In this document: positions 47,966 through 59,339 of the stretch, piece after piece
How positions within the stretch are numbered: the first letter of the stretch is position 1
Layout: each line of letters begins with the position of its first letter
Assembly (NCBI RefSeq): GCF_963921235.1
Contig: NC_086097.1
Location: 254,512,001-254,576,000 of the forward strand
Reading direction: 5' to 3'
From: Mobula hypostoma
Taxonomy: Eukaryota
Length of the DNA: 64,000 nucleotides
Program-made: the position numbers and the translations under genes
The notes under the pieces: model-generated
The model's database searches: none
The model's input: only the letters and a program-made list of their open reading frames with translations
What the model was told of the DNA's origin: nothing

Positions 47966-49660
47966 ACCCAAACAGTCCTTGACCTAATGCTACAGTACCT
48001 CATGCCTGATGTCAGAGTGTCAAGGAGGTTGTTCAACGGATGGAAGGGATCACTGACAATGCTAAGGACCCTGCATATACAGCAATAAATGGGATGCAAG
48101 TGAGATCCCAGTGATCCTCTCAGCGGTTCGCGCAATTCTTTGCAGGGACTTGCAGTCAGATGGCTCACTATTCCCATACCAGACAGTGATGCAGCTGGTC
48201 AGAACACTCTCGATGGTGCTCCTGTACAAGAACGGAGTGATGGGCAGCCTCACTCAAATCAATCTCCTCAGGAAGTGGGAATGCTGCTGTGCTTTCTTGA
48301 CAAAAGAGGTGGTGTTGAGGAACCAGGTGAGATCATCCTTCATGTGTACTAAGGAAACTCGGTGCCCCGAACTCCCTCCATGGAGATGCCATGTCTGTGC
48401 AGTGAGGAGTAGTCAACCTGCCCCACTCAATCGACTGTGCAACCTTAGAGCAATTTTTAAACACACTGACTGAGACACAGAAAACTACATCACCAAAACA
48501 GGCCCTTCAGCCCATCTAATCCATGGCGAACCACTTGAACTGCCTACTACCATCGACCTGCACCATGACTATAGCCATCCATTTACCTATCCAAACTTCT
48601 CTTAAACATTGACATCAAAATTACATCTACCATTTCCACTGGCAGCTTGTTCCACACTCGAACCACCCTCTGAATGAAGTTGCCCCTCATGTTCCCCCTG
48701 AATTTTTCATCTTTCACCCTTAACCCATGACTTCTAGATCTAGTGCCACCCAACCTCAGTGGAAAAAGCTTGCTTGCATTTACCCTCATAATTTTATACA
48801 CCTTTATCTAATCTCCCTCAATCTTTTACGTTCCAAGAACAAAGTCCTAACTTATCCAATCTGTCCATAAACTCAGGTCCTCCAGCCCCAGCAACATCTC
48901 TGTACTCTTTCAAACTTATTTACACCTTTCCTGTAGGTAGGTGACCAAAACTGCACACAATACTCCAAATTAGGCCTCACCAACTTCTTACACAACTTCA
49001 ACATAACATCCCATCTCTGTACTCAATAGCCAAGTCAAGACAAGCAAAGTTCACTCTTATTTAACTACATACACATATATAACGTATATAACCATATAGT
49101 ATATATACAGAGATGAGACGTTTCTCTGAACCAGGGTATAAAGCAGAGTAGTACACATAACACACATAACTCCCGATAACTTATGAAGGTGAGGATAAAA
49201 TCTACAGATGAATCACACATGAGTAACAAACTAAAGTGCTCAGCATAATGGGACAGGAGACATTGTTGCCCACATGAGCTAACTGTGGCTTCAGTGTTAA
49301 GAAGTCCAGTATCCAATTGCAGAGGGAGGTGTTGAGGCCCAGCGAGGACAGTTTCCCCACCAGTTTCTGGAGTAAGATGGTGTTAAGCACTGAATTCGTC
49401 TATAAGCAACAGTCTGGTTTATAAGACCCGATTTTCCAGGTGGGACAGGAGAAAGTGGAGGGCAGAGGCTATTGCCTTGTCGGTGGATTGATCTGAGCGA
49501 TATGCAAACTGGAAAGGGTCCAATGTATCCAGGAGAAAAACCTTAATGTGCTCCATGACCAGTTGCTCAAAGCATTTCATAATGTTTGATGTTAATGCAA
49601 CCGGACGATAGTCATTTAGGCAGGTTATTGTCACCTTCTTTGGCACTGGAATGATGCAAA
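47965..49660 (-). mobile_element. Rex1/Babar fragments (47965-48430, 49235-49660) with an intervening CR1 3' fragment (48470-49028) and a tail fragment (49030-49235)
   Basis: YRSTIESVLTSCITVWYG and [18 protein letters not shown]...LDPFQFAYR (Rex1); NFIQRVVRVWNKLP (CR1). Confidence 0.78.
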
Positions 49661-50009
49661 CAGATTTATCTTAGAAACCTGTGTAACATTGGAGAGCACT
49701 AATCAGAACCAGGCCACTGTTGAGTGTAAACTGAAGAAGCAAGCCTTATAACCACCAACTCTGGGATCCTTTTAAAATCTCTTATTAAGTTATGCACAGG
49801 TGCAATGAAAAACATATTTGCAGCTGCATCACAGACACAGAGCATCAGATAAAACAGCATTAAAAAAACAAAAATTAAGACCAATAAGACCAGAAGACAC
49901 AGAATTAGGCCATTCGGCCCGTTGAGTTGTTCTGCCATTCCATCTTGGCTGACTTACTATCCCTCTCACCCCATTCACCTGCTTTCTCCCCGTAACCTTT
50001 GAGCCCAAA

Positions 50010-50740
50010 CTAATCATAAATTGTACACAGTTTTTACACTGGTACATCTTTGGACTGTCGGAGGAAACAGGAGAACTTGGAGGAAACCCACACACTCACA
50101 GGGAGAACAACATACAAACTTCTTACAGATGTGCGAAAATTGAACTCCAAACTCCATTGAGCTGAGCTGTATAGGAACGTGCCAAACACTACACATCTGT
50201 GGTCCCCCTGATTGCCCAATTCTTTGTACATGAAGGAAAGTTGACTCAGAAACAAGTCGGGTGTTAGTTGCTAAAATATTTAAAGAGGACATTTAGATTC
50301 AAGGTTCAAGATTGTTTAATGTCATTTCCAGTACACAGGTGTGAAGGAGAATGAAATAACTGTTGCAGCACAATAACTCTGCAGCATAAAAAAATCACAA
50401 TAAACTAAAAAACACAATGATAAAAAAAACACAATTAATGTAAATACATAAGATAGCTTATATACCCAGATTGATTGCACGTAAGGTGATGCTAGGCACA
50501 GGAGTGTCTGTACAGAAGGTGGTAACAGACCTTTCTGGCCCAGCAAGCCTGTGCCACACATCACACCCTTGAGCCCAATAAGCCAACTAACCAGTACTGT
50601 ACACCTTTAGACCACGGAAGGAAACCAGAGCACCTGACGCAAACGCACGTGGTGATGTGGAGAACGTACAAACGCCTTCGACACAGTGGTGGAATTTGAC
50701 CCTGATCACTGGTGCTCGATTAGTACTGTGCTACTGCTAC
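50010..50740 (-). mobile_element. Two V-SINE-like fragments (50010-50190, 50520-50740) flanking a LINE tail
   Basis: tctttggactgtcggaggaaacaggagaacttggaggaaacccacacactcacagggagaacaacatacaaact, and a second, more decayed copy. Confidence 0.65.
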
Positions 50741-51295
50741 ATTATCAGCATTTACGGGCATCAGACTGGCATACATTTCAGAGCTATAAAGATGGCTTTC
50801 AAATAAGTTCAGGCTCTCTGTTCATTCACTGCACTGCCTGGAAACAGCTGAGAAAACACCATGGCTACAAGACATTACTTTTCCTTTCATTCCAAAATCA
50901 CTGCTGAACTACACTCAATAAACTTATAAATTTCTGCTTCCTGAAGTTTGAAAGGATTTAATGTGATAATATTTTCCCAACAGTCTGTCATTTCCCCTAA
51001 AATCTACCTTCCCATGTCAGTTCTCTCCTCACAGGAAGACGTTGCTGATATATGTTTCCAGGGATTTTCATCATCCCCAATACCTTGTCCAACCATTCAC
51101 AAGTCTAAAAGCAAGTTCAAATGAAGGGAGGTCACAGGTAATCCTAGTGGTTTAATCCTGACCTAAACCAGTATGCACAAAAGATCAACTGGTATGTCAT
51201 CTCCCTCAGGCAAGGAAAACAGAGGCCAAATAGGGAACAGCATTCCCTGTCCGATTGTGGTTAGCTCATTCTGCACAAGTCAGTAGCACAGATTG

Positions 51296-51697
51296 GAGAG
51301 AGAGTGAGAGAGAGTGTGAGTGTGAGAGTGTGAGAGAGTGTGAGTGAGTGTGAGAGAGTGTGAGAGAGAGAGAGAGTGAGAGAAAGTGAGAGAAAGTGAG
51401 AGAGAGAGAGAGAGTGTGTGTGTGTGTGTGTGTGTGAGAGAGAAAGTGTATGAGAGTATCTGGTGTGCATGAGTGGAGTGTGTTAGTGTGTGTTTTTGAC
51501 AGTAAGTGTGTGTATGTGAGAGCAAATGAGTTTGTGAGTGTGTGTGTGAGTGCATGTTTGAGTGAGTGTGAGAATATGTGAGAGCGTGAGAGACCACGTA
51601 TGTGAGAGTGTGTGTTTGAGAATGTGTGAGTGTGTGAGAAAGCATGTGTGTGTGAGTGTGTATGTGGTTGTGAGAGTGTGAGACAGTATGTGTGTTT
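51296..51697. repeat. Compound (GA)n/(GT)n/(GAGT)n microsatellite
   Basis: Directly visible. Confidence 0.93.
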
Positions 51698-52267
51698 ACG
51701 ATAGAAGGTAGAGAAGGAGGAATGTGGCTGGATAAACCTTCACTGCAGCTGTAAGGGCCCATGTACACCTGTGCTACAAATTCTTGTATTTTTCTTAACT
51801 GCAAATAGATTTAAACACTGCTTTACTTCTAGAAATCAGATCAGGTAGGAGCAGAATTCAGCAATTGGCCGATTTCTTACCCTTTTCATCCCCTAGCTGA
51901 CATAGATTCTGACCGAGCTGCTGGGTTCCTCCAGCATTGCAGAGTGTTGTTCCACATTTCCAGTTTTTTGCAGTCTCACTCGTATCTCCAAATGAGATTT
52001 TTTTGTGTGTTCTGAACATATGCTTGGTCCAGGCCACACATGTCCTGTTCTTGTGACTTCGGACTGTTGTGTTATGTATGACCTGTTCTCTGATTATGAA
52101 AAATTTCAGCTGGTTCAACGCACGTCTCAACATCCTCTGCTGATAACAAGCGGGATTGCAATCAGAGATTGCTGGTCTGCAAACGACATAAATTCAGCTT
52201 TTAATATACCACAAGCTCAACTTTCCACAAAGGGGTTAAAGGCGTCATCCTTGGCGTTATCATTTTA

Positions 52268-52620
52268 GTGGATCTGTCCCGGGACCAGCACCTAAGTGCC
52301 ATGGCAAAGAAAGCTTGGCAGCACCATTACTTTCTCTGTAGTTTGTGCAGATTCACTATGTCATCTGAAACCTTGACAAACTTCTATTCACGGAGAGTAT
52401 CCTGATCGATCGCATCACATGGATGGATGGAAGCGTCAATGTCTTTGGAAAACCCTACGAAACGTACTGGATACCGGCCAGCCCCTCGCACATTTCAGCA
52501 CGTCTACACAGAGTGTGGTTGCTGGAAGGCAGTGGCCCCACCACCCACAACATGCTCTCTTCACACTGTTGCCATCAGGAAGGAGGTACAGAGCCTCAGG
52601 ACCCACAGCACCAGGCTCGC
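52268..52620 (+). mobile_element. Degenerate Rex1/Babar fragment
   Basis: HHPQHALFTLLPSGRRYR motif. Confidence 0.7.
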
Positions 52621-52635
52621 TCCAATGGAGGTTTA

Positions 52636-55600
52636 TGTAAGTAGTAGAAATGTGCATAATTTATAACCACTGACATTAAGTTCAGGTTTACATTAAAAAG
52701 GCTGGTCAGACGTGATGACGGATGTCAGTGGTTGGGAAAGTGTTGGAGTCTATTACTAAGGATGAGTTTTCGAGGTACTTGGAGACTAATGATAAAATAA
52801 GTCAAAGTCAGCATGGTTTCTGTAAAGGAAATCTTACCTGACAAATCAGTTACAGTTCTTCAAGGAAGTAACACACTGAGTAGACAAAGGAGAAGCAGTG
52901 GATGTCATTTACCTGGCTTTTCAGAAGATGTTTGATAAGGTGCCACACATGAGGCTGCTTAACAAGATAAAAATCTATGGTGTTACAGGAAAGGTACTGG
53001 TATGGATAGAGGAATAGCTGACAGACAGGAGTCAGCGAGTGGGAATAAAAGGGGCCTTTTCTGGATGGCTGCCGGTGACTAGCGGAGTTCCTCAGGGGTC
53101 AGTATTGGGACCGCTACTTGTCACAGATTTGTATAATGGAATTGATGGCTTTGTGGCAAAGTTTGCGGATGAGACAAAGATAGGTGGCGGGGTAGGTAGT
53201 GCTGAGGAAGCAATGCAATTAATTGCAGCAGGACTTAAGACAATCCGAAGAATGGGCAAAAAAGTGGCAGATGGAATACAGTGTTGGGAAATGTACAAAA
53301 GGCATTTTGGTAAAAGAACCAATAGTGCAGTCTATTATCTAAATGGGGTGAAGGTTCAAACATCAGAGGTGCAGAGGGACTTTGGAGTTCTTGTGCAGGG
53401 CTTCCTAAAGGTTAATTTGCAGGTTGAGTCTGTGGTGAGGAAGGCAAATTCAAGTTTAGCATTAATTTCAAGAGGACTAGAGTATAAAAGCAAGGATGTT
53501 ATGCTTAGACTTTATAAGGCAATGGTGAGGCCTCACTTGGAGTATTGTGAGCAGTTTTGGGCCCCTGATATTAGAAGGGATGTGCTGAAACTGGAGAGGG
53601 TTGAAGGAGGTTCAGGGAAATGATTTAAGGATTGAATGGCTTGTCATATGAAGAGCGTTTGATGGCTCTGGGCCTATTGGAATCCAAAAAAATTAGGGAT
53701 GAGCTCATGGAAAGCTATCAAATACTGAAAGGCCTTGAGAGAGTGGATCTGGAGAGAACACTTCTGATGGTGGGAAAGTCTAGTACCAGAGGACATAGTC
53801 TCAGAATAGAGGGGTGTCCCTTTCGAACGGAGATGAGGAGGAATTTCTCTAGCCAGAAAGTGGTGAATCTGTGGAATTGAGGGAGCCCAAGACTTTCTGT
53901 ATATTTAAGGCAGAGGTTGACAGATTCTTGATTGGTCAGGGCAAGAAAGAATACAGGGATCAGCCAAGAGGAAAGAGCAGAGCAGACTCAATAGGGTCAA
54001 ATGGCCTAAACCTGCTCCTATATCTTATCTTACGGTATTAAATGACTTAGATTTTATGTTTACCGGGATGACATATTTGTCACCAGTGTATCCAAAGCTG
54101 AACACGTTTCTCATCTCCGCACACTTTTTGAGAGCTTATTAACCCTGCTAAATGCCACTTTGGGTTGTCAACCATTGACATTCTTGGCCATCGCATCTCT
54201 GCAGAAGGTACAAAACCCTTCCTATTAAAAGTAGCCACTATGATGGATTTGCTACCCGCCCCGCACTACTAACAAACTGCAGGAGTTGTTAGGCATGGTG
54301 AACTTCATTCCACGACCTGCTGAACTTATGCTCCCCCTGTATAATGCGTCTAAAGACAATACCCCTCTGTGCTTGACTGTCAGCGGACACGATCTGGGCA
54401 TTTGATGATACCAAACGAGCTCTTTCCAATGCAACCCTACCGCCACTCCTTCTCTCCAACGCACCCATAGCCATTACTACTGACACTTCAGATGATGCTG
54501 ATGGTGCTGTGCACGAACATTGGCCTTCTTCAGCCAGCAGCTCAGTCCCCCTGAAAGGAAGTACAGCACATTTTACCGTGAGCTTCTCGGTCTCTTGGCT
54601 GTCCACCATTTTCGTTTTCTTCTAGAGAGTCGCCATTTCATAGCCTCTGTTAACCACAAACCCTAGTGCACGATGGCCAAAATATCGCACCCTTGTCTGC
54701 ACGGCAGCAATACCGCATGGCCTGCATATCAGTGTTCACAACTGATATACAACATATCAAGGAGAAAAGTACTGCCGTGGCTGATGAGGCCATACACATA
54801 GGGGTGGACAATGGCAGCTGAACAAGCTACCAACCCTGAGGTCGAGGCATGGGCTTGTGGTTGGCTGACATTAAGTTCAGGGAAGCTGGGGTTTCTCCCC
54901 TGTGTGATGTCTCAACTGGCTGCCCTCATCGCATCATGCCCGCAATCTGAAGATGAACTGCTTTTGACCCCATACATGGCATTTCACATCCAGGCCAGAA
55001 GACCTCACAGAAAATGGTTGCACTAAAGTCTGTGTGGCAAGGCTTTAGAAGGGTTGTGTGTGATTGGACTGCAGCCTATCTGGAGTGCCAGTGGAAAGAA
55101 ATTAACCACCATGCTCAGGTGCCATTGGCACCTTTTGAGGTCCATTGTCAATTTAACTTTGTTGATCCTCTTTCTCCCCTTGCGGTTTCATGCACCTCCC
55201 TACCATGGTAGACCGTACAACCAGATCCCTCTAGCATCGATGGCAGCCGCAGACATGGCTTTGGCATTAATCAACACTTGCGTTGCTTAGTTTGGCATAC
55301 CATCCGATAATTCCTCTGACAGTCCTCAGTTCTCATCAGACTTCTGGGCCGTGATGGATCAGAACCCTTGCGTTAGGCTACATCTCACCACGGTCTATTA
55401 GCCGGTCAAATGGTCTATGCGAGTGGTTTCACCACTCCTTAAAGGCAGCTCTGAGGGCCTTCCTGATGAATGATTGTCTCCCATGGGAGATAATAACACT
55501 AGAGTTCAGAACTGCTCCAAAAGAGGACTTGCAGTTGTCTGTGGCTATATGGCCAACCGTTAATAACGTGGGTTATTTTATTCCAGATGCCATGACCACT

Positions 55601-56253
55601 AGGTTGGTCTGTCAACATTGTTCCACACTCCTCAGTAAACTTAATTCCTTTGCGCATATATCTACCTCCCATTATGGCATACAGCACTCCTGGGTTCCTG
55701 TTGACCGATACTCCACCTTGTTTGCTTTCGTCAGCCATATGCACACCAACCCCCGCCCCCCCTTAGGCCCTCTTATGATGGCCCGTCCACATTTTGGAAC
55801 AGAGAGAAGATGTTTATCATAAATAAGAGGAGTAAACCTGAATGTGTTTCAGTGGACCACCTTAAACCAAGAAGAGAATTCTGCTACCATGGCCCTGCCA
55901 TCACGACACCACCATGAGTGTGACAACACACGTCTGGACAAGCCAGAGGCACCTGCTGTACAGGTCCGAAGCCAGGCGGTTCACCCGAACTCTGGACAGG
56001 CTCCCAATGTCGGTTTTAGTGAGCTCTGGGGCAGGGCTTTGTAGGGTAATATCATTGGAGGAAACATACATAATTCACAAACACCAACATTGTGTTGGGG
56101 TTTACTTTAAGAGGCGGGTCAGACGTGATGACATATTACATGAGTTCTGTTACCAAGCTTTTTGTGTCCAGTGTTTGGAGTACAATAAATGTGTTGTTAC
56201 GGTTTTTCTTAAACATGCAATGCCTCACATCGTTTTATTTGCAAAATCCTACA
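52636..56253 (+). mobile_element. Decayed Gypsy LTR retrotransposon: partial LTR 52636-52720, pol remnant 54040-56039, 3' LTR 56040-56253
   Basis: 3' LTR TGTAGG...CCTACA follows a G-rich tract and contains AATAAA. It shares ggtcagacgtgatgac with 52704-52719. Internal remnants appear in the order RT (DDI.V.S, DILGHRISAEG, LQELLGMVNF), RNase H (TDTSD.A.GAV, LAFFS), integrase (VCDWTAA.LECQ). Confidence 0.75.
52722..54040 (+). mobile_element. Degenerate CR1 (RT to tail) lying between the Gypsy LTR fragment and pol
   Basis: ORFs 53039-53623 and 53632-53880. Confidence 0.85.
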
Positions 56254-56409
56254 TAAGAACAGTTATTAACCTTCAAACATCAGACTCCTGATTAACTCAC
56301 CACAACTCTGGTTAGCTTCACACGACGTGGTTAACTTCATTCACCACAACTCTGAAATGTTTACACAACCTTACAAAGACTCACAAAGACTCTACAATTC
56401 ATGTTCTCA

Positions 56410-59262
56410 GTATTATTTCTTTACTATTTATTATTATTTTTATTATTTTCTCAGCTCAAACTAATAAATGCTGAGGTACAGGGAAGGCCAAGCACACTAA
56501 TTTCTTAATTGCTAGGAACTTTCCAACTATTCTAGTGGTGTCTATAATTGTGGTTTTCTGAGATTTACATAAATATTGCTGTGTAGGCCTAATTGTTTAA
56601 TGCCATGTAGAGAAGGTATGTCAAGATACAATTTATTTGGTTATTTCTGATTTCATACTCTTTTCATCTGATTCAGTAAATTCAAGTGTGTGTTTAAAGC
56701 TAGACAAAACCAGAATCAACTTGAAAAATGCCTCAGTTTATTTTGAATGTTAATGGATATGGTGATTATGGTAGGCTTCATCAGTTTTGGTCTAATATCT
56801 GGTCAAACAGGGTTATGTACAATTAAGAAGCGAGCTGAGTGAGAGAGGAAAAAGAACACACTCACAGAATGAAGAAATGCAATCTGAAGTTACAATGGAT
56901 ATGCTAAAAAGTGTTTATAACAAATACCCCACTACTGGTAAAATACCAGTCTGTTTGTTGGTAATTCTGCATTGAATTTAGCTTCAATACCCTGTTCAAA
57001 CCTTTTTCATTGTTCTGAACTGATAATTCTGTTTCCTTCGTCTGTCACACATCACGTATATATTTAGTCTAGCTTTCTATGCACCAAGCTTTTGTTTTAG
57101 TGCACCTATAAATTCCACAATAGTTTTGTTAGGTTGATCGTATCTGACATAGATCTTATATTTTATTAATATTTCCTTAGCTTTTCTCTCAACTTTCTTG
57201 CTCGGGTTATCCATTTTATACTCCAATCGGTGGGCTATTTCTGCTCCAATTTTGTTTCTTAATCCCTTCTGCCATTTCGGTGTTCTCATTTTATTACAGT
57301 TTAGGATTTCTATTAACGAGAGCCTCTAATGAGACATTGCACTGCACTGCTATTAATATCATTAATGAAAACACATTTTCTTTTCTCAACTCAAGCTGGT
57401 GAAACCTGAAGTACAAGCACACTCATTTCTCAATCACTATCCTAGTGGTGTTAAGTATTGTGGCATTCTGAACATTTACATAGATATTACTGTGTAGCCC
57501 AAATTGTTTAATGCTTTTGGACGAAACCAGTTGTAGATATTACTATCAGGACAATGTATAGCTTCTCCAAACCCCAAAGTCTTTCAATTTCCTCTTCCAA
57601 TTCAGCATATTGCAGGTGTTTTTCACTGATTGACTTCTGTAGGTTGTGTGTGTTTGAAATGGCTATTTCTATTAAATAAGTTGTTCCTACTTGTTTATCC
57701 TCTATTATGATATCCTGATGGTTATTATGCAATGTCCTATCTGTAATAATTGATCTGTCACAATATAATTTGAGGTATTCTGACTCTAAAACTGGATCAG
57801 GCCTGTATATCTGCCAAATGAAGCAGTGGAGGCTACCTCAGAAAATATATTTAAGACAAGGTTGGATAGATTTTTGCATTGTAGGGGAATTAAGGGTGAT
57901 GTGGTGGAGATGAGTCCATGGCCAGATCAGCCATGATCTTATTGAATGGCGGGGCAGGCTCGACGGGCCAGATGGCCGACTCCTGCTCCCATTTCTTATG
58001 TTCTTATTTATAGCAAGGAGCAATTTCATTTATGGGTTTGCATTTAAAAGCAAGCTTTGATGAATGATGTTTGCCACTTGTTTGTGCCTGTGTAAGTAAT
58101 CAGATTGTGTAAAACTGCTACAGGATCCTGTAATGTGTTGGACTGATTCTGTTTTTTTTCTGACAATTTCTACATTTATCATCTTGAATCTGTTGGTCTT
58201 TTATTATGTATTTTTAATCATTTTGGGGTAAACCACCTGGTCCTGTATTACCACAGGAGCCGTCTGTTTCTCAGGAGAGGTCTCCAACACTGAGCCAGGC
58301 ACTTGATGCTTTCTTGTGAACATCTAGTCTACTCGGATCATGGGTATGCCTTCCTTGAAGGGGCATGCTGTTCTATTGGTTAACTTTTTCTTTGATAGTG
58401 ATAATTTCTTCATTTTCCTGCATTGTGGTCACATTTAAGTTTAGTGGTGTGTACTTCTTATCGGAATGGCGTATGGTTGTGTGGAGTGTCGATTCCTGTT
58501 TTTGTTGATGAAAGTATATCTTCAGAAGTTTTATCTAACTGTTGTGTAGATTGTTAATGTCAGTTATTTCTCTTCCCTCTCTATCCCAGGTAGTGTTTAT
58601 CTAAGCACAATTGAATGTACATAATGTTTTCTGAAATCTGTCATTTCAGTTCTTATGTTTCTTTGTAAATTTTCCAGATCGGTTTTGGACCAATATAATA
58701 TGCCGAAAGATTACACTAATATAGGTATATCGTAAGTGGTTATTGCCTTTGCTATATTTTTACTGTTGAGTGCTGTTTGACAGATTTTCTTAAGACTTAA
58801 AGTAAATAATCACGCTATGATCTAATTTCTTTGCTTGTTGATATCCCAAACACTTACGGCATATGTTTCACAATCATCCATCGGTCGTATTGTATCCTGC
58901 TGCTCTGTTTTGTATTCTATTAGCCCTATTGCACCTTTCTGTATGTTTAATACTCTACATTTATCCACTCCAAAGGTCACGTTTGTATCTTTTGAAAATA
59001 GTTCTGCTACTTGAATTAATTGCTTTATCTTAACTGATGAAGGAGCATATAACTTCAAATCATCTACATGTAAAAGATGTGTTAAGGTATTGTTCATTTC
59101 CTTGTTTGTAACTTGATACCCAACTTCATAGTCATAGTCATACTTTATTGATCCTGGGGGAAATTGGTTGACTTACGTCCGATTCAGAAAATAAGAGTGC
59201 AGGTTTAATGCTGGGCAGAACCAGCGTGGACTAACGGTGATTGTTCTTTTTTGTTGTTAATA
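56410..59262 (-). mobile_element. R4/Dong-clade non-LTR (restriction-like endonuclease) retrotransposon fragments from at least two copies
   Basis: RT THLLHVDDLKLYA...FSKD..VTFGVDKC (58822-59097); LVHAGSAQH/WFC-like remnant near 59200-59235; RLE HNNHQDIII.DK...YLIEIAISNTHN..EK..QYAELEEEIERLW...IVISTTG (57508-57732). The 3' end is repeated at 56410-56610. Interrupted by a CR1 tail (57812-58008). Confidence 0.78.
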
Positions 59263-59339
59263 GGGTAATTACAGTACGCCAATGCTGCTGATGTTACAGG
59301 AACTTCACAAGCATTGGGTGCAGGCCACAGTGACGAGGT

